DNA of 64,000 nucleotides from Takakia lepidozioides (taxonomy: Eukaryota > Plantae > Bryophyta): the NCBI GenBank assembly GCA_030704615.1, contig CM060732.1, positions 77,190,001 through 77,254,000 on the forward strand. Reading direction: 5' to 3'. Position numbers and translations under genes: made by a program. The notes under the pieces are model-generated. The model saw only the letters and a program-made list of their open reading frames with translations, did not search any database and was not told the origin of the DNA. This document shows positions 61,738 through 64,000 of the stretch, piece by piece (position 1 is the stretch's first letter; every line of letters starts with the position of its first letter).

Positions 61738-64000
61738 ATGGTCGGGGTGTTTATTTTAGGTTATCATTGTCAGCTCTTAGCAGTTTGGGTGCAGATCCAT
61801 CCGAGAGGTCCTGATTTCAAGCACAAGAGTTCATATGAGCCACTGAGGATTGACAGCTACAAGAAACCTGCAAGGATAGATGGTCATCTGGAAGGGGCAG
61901 TGGCAGCACAGCTCAGAATATCAGTCACCTCCACAATGACCTGCACTTCCAAAAGAGGACCAAGAGAGGAAGTTCTCAAGATTTCTTCTGGCGCTTCTGA
62001 ACTTGTAAGGACACTATATGAGGCACGAAACCTGAAAGAGGCTATTAAAATTTTGAACCATGGAGGCATTTTCGCAGAGTCGGATACTTATATGTGGCTC
62101 TTGCATAAGTGCACAAAGATGAAATGCCTAGCAGCAGGAAAGCAGGTGCATACTCACATTATCCAAAGTGGATTCAAGCCAAACGTGTTTCTATACAACA
62201 CTCTTGTCAACATGTATGTCAAATGTGGGAGCATTGTAGATGCACATGGAGTGTTTGACAAAATGCCTGAACGAAATATGTGTTCATGGACTATAATGGT
62301 GGCAGGATATACGAAGCATGGGTGTGGGAGAAATGCCTTGGAGACATATGAGGAAATGATACAGGAAGGGGTGAAGCCCAACGGGGTCACGTTAGTTTGC
62401 GTTCTAAAGTCATGTGCCTGCCTGGCAGCCCTGGAAAAGGGCAAACAGGTCCATGGTGACATCATGAAAGCTGGAGTTGTACCAGATATGATTCTGAATA
62501 CTACCCTTGTTGACATGTATGTCAAATGTGGGAGCATAGAGGATGCAAGAATAGTGTTTGACAATATGATTGAACGAGATGTGGTGTCATGGAGTGTGAT
62601 GATTGCAGGATATGCCCAGCATGGGTGCGGGATGGAGGCTGTGGAGACGTATGAGCAAATGATGCTGGAAGGGGTGAAGCCGGACCAGGTGACATACGCT
62701 TGCATTTGCAATGCATGTGCTTGCCTGGCAGACCTGGAAAAGGCCAAAGAGGTCCACGGTGACATCATGAAAGCTGGAATTATACCAAATATGATTCTGA
62801 ATACTACGCTTGTGAACATGTATGTCAAATGTGGGAGCATAAAGGATGCAAAGGTAGTGTTTGACAATATGGATGAGCGAGACGTGGTATCCTGGAGTGC
62901 GATGATAGCAGGATATGCCCAGCATGGGTGTGGGGTGGAGGCTGTGGAGATGTATAGGCAAATGATGCAGGAAGGGGTGAAGCCGGACCAGGTGACATTC
63001 GCTTGTGTTTGCAATGCATGTGCAAGCCTGGCAGCCCTGGAAAAGGGCAAAGGGGTGCATGGTGACATCATGAAAGCTGGAATTGTACCAAATGTGATTC
63101 TGAATACTACCCTTGTGGACATGTATGCCAAATGTGGGAGCATAAAGGATGCAAAGGTAGTGTTTGAGCATATGGCTGAACGAAATGTGGTGTCCTGGAG
63201 TGCAATGATTGCAGGATATGCCCAGCATGGAAATGGGATGGACGCTCTGGAGACATATGACCAGATGAGGCAGGAAGGGGTAACACCCAACCAGGTCACG
63301 TTTGTTTGCGTTTGCAATGCATGTGCGAGCCTGGCAGCCCTGGGAAAGGGTAAAGAGGTCCATGCTGACATCATAAAAGCTGGGATTGTACCAAATATCA
63401 TCCTGGGCACTACCCTCGTGGATATGTATGCCAAATGTGGGAGCATAAGGGATGCAATAGGAATATTTGACAATATGGCTGAACGAAATTTGGTGTCATG
63501 GAATGCGATGATGGCAGGATATGCCCAGCATGGTTGCCACAGGGAGGCCCTGCGACTATTTGAAGGAATGCAAAAGGAAGGCTTGAAGCTGGATAGTATC
63601 ACCTTCGTGTGCATTCTCTCTGCATGTAGCCATGTGGGCCTAGTGGATGAAGGCAGACACTACTTTCATTCCCTGAGTCGAGATTATGGCCTCACTCCAA
63701 CAGTAGAACACTTTGGTTGCATGGTGGACCTTCTTGGTCGTGCAGGGCAATTGGATGAGGCAGAGGACTTCATTAACAAAATGCCAATCAAACCAGATGC
63801 TGTGGTGTGGAAGGCCTTGCTTGGTGGGTGCAGGATTCATGGCAATGTGGAGATTGCTGAACGTGCAGCAACACTTATTCTCAAGTGGGATCAACAGGAC
63901 ACTGCAACTTATGTGTTGCTATCAAACATCTATGCCACAGCTGGCAGGTGGGCTGATACTGCAAAGGTGAGAAATATAATGAAGGTCAAAGGGGTCAGAA
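61738..64000 (+). CDS. PLS-class PPR protein with E domain (probable organellar RNA-editing factor), 3' end outside window
   Basis: Open frame from ATG 61738 to the window end; the true start may be in an upstream exon. 17 L/S/P motifs with an exact 303-bp period, P2-L2-S2 (SACSHVGLVDEG, CMVDLLGRAG) and an E domain (VWKALLGGCRIHGN..YVLLSNIYA). Confidence 0.95.
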   Translation, partial: MVGVFILGYHCQLLAVWVQIHPRGPDFKHKSSYEPLRIDSYKKPARIDGHLEGAVAAQLRISVTSTMTCTSKRGPREEVLKISSGASELVRTLYEARNLKEAIKILNHGGIFAESDTYMWLLHKCTKMKCLAAGKQVHTHIIQSGFKPNVFLYNTLVNMYVKCGSIVDAHGVFDKMPERNMCSWTIMVAGYTKHGCGRNALETYEEMIQEGVKPNGVTLVCVLKSCACLAALEKGKQVHGDIMKAGVVPDMILNTTLVDMYVKCGSIEDARIVFDNMIERDVVSWSVMIAGYAQHGCGMEAVETYEQMMLEGVKPDQVTYACICNACACLADLEKAKEVHGDIMKAGIIPNMILNTTLVNMYVKCGSIKDAKVVFDNMDERDVVSWSAMIAGYAQHGCGVEAVEMYRQMMQEGVKPDQVTFACVCNACASLAALEKGKGVHGDIMKAGIVPNVILNTTLVDMYAKCGSIKDAKVVFEHMAERNVVSWSAMIAGYAQHGNGMDALETYDQMRQEGVTPNQVTFVCVCNACASLAALGKGKEVHADIIKAGIVPNIILGTTLVDMYAKCGSIRDAIGIFDNMAERNLVSWNAMMAGYAQHGCHREALRLFEGMQKEGLKLDSITFVCILSACSHVGLVDEGRHYFHSLSRDYGLTPTVEHFGCMVDLLGRAGQLDEAEDFINKMPIKPDAVVWKALLGGCRIHGNVEIAERAATLILKWDQQDTATYVLLSNIYATAGRWADTAKVRNIMKVKGVR

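Noticed and set aside
62154-63614. 486-aa and 258-aa minus-strand ORFs
   Set aside because: Antisense shadows of the repetitive PPR frame on the + strand.
1-64000. Hammerhead ribozyme cores (CTGATGA..GAAA)
   Set aside because: The occurrences I saw lack flanking helices and mostly fall in coding or LINE sequence. This was a visual check only.

Overview
Eukaryotic land-plant nuclear DNA. Intron style, a PLS-class PPR gene, an AGO4-clade Argonaute and the hAT family suggest a bryophyte, probably a moss (inference only). Five host genes are present: the 3' part of a FAD synthase (+, ends 7529), an AGO4-clade Argonaute with an intact DEDH tetrad (+, 36332-42497), a YELLOW LEAF 1-like plastid protein (+, 44083-46060), a root-type ferredoxin-NADP+ reductase (-, 46993-49739) and a PLS-E PPR editing-factor gene running off the right end (+, from ~61738). 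Between them are deeply nested transposons. A near full-length decayed L1 is split by a 4.2-kb non-autonomous CACTA carrying a PPR gene fragment. Two hAT elements sit in tandem at one 8-bp site inside a SINE. There are also other hAT MITEs, a TTAA-flanked piggyBac-like element, two tRNA-derived SINE families and two copies of an RTEX-like LINE. The main leads are: (1) a perfect in-frame 66-bp triplication of a splice donor in the Argonaute PIWI domain; (2) a PPR code read-out predicting a specific organellar C-to-U target; (3) a covarying 3' stem-loop shared by several divergent L1 ends; (4) two long hairpins that could be small-RNA precursors. All exon models were read by eye and no database searches were run.
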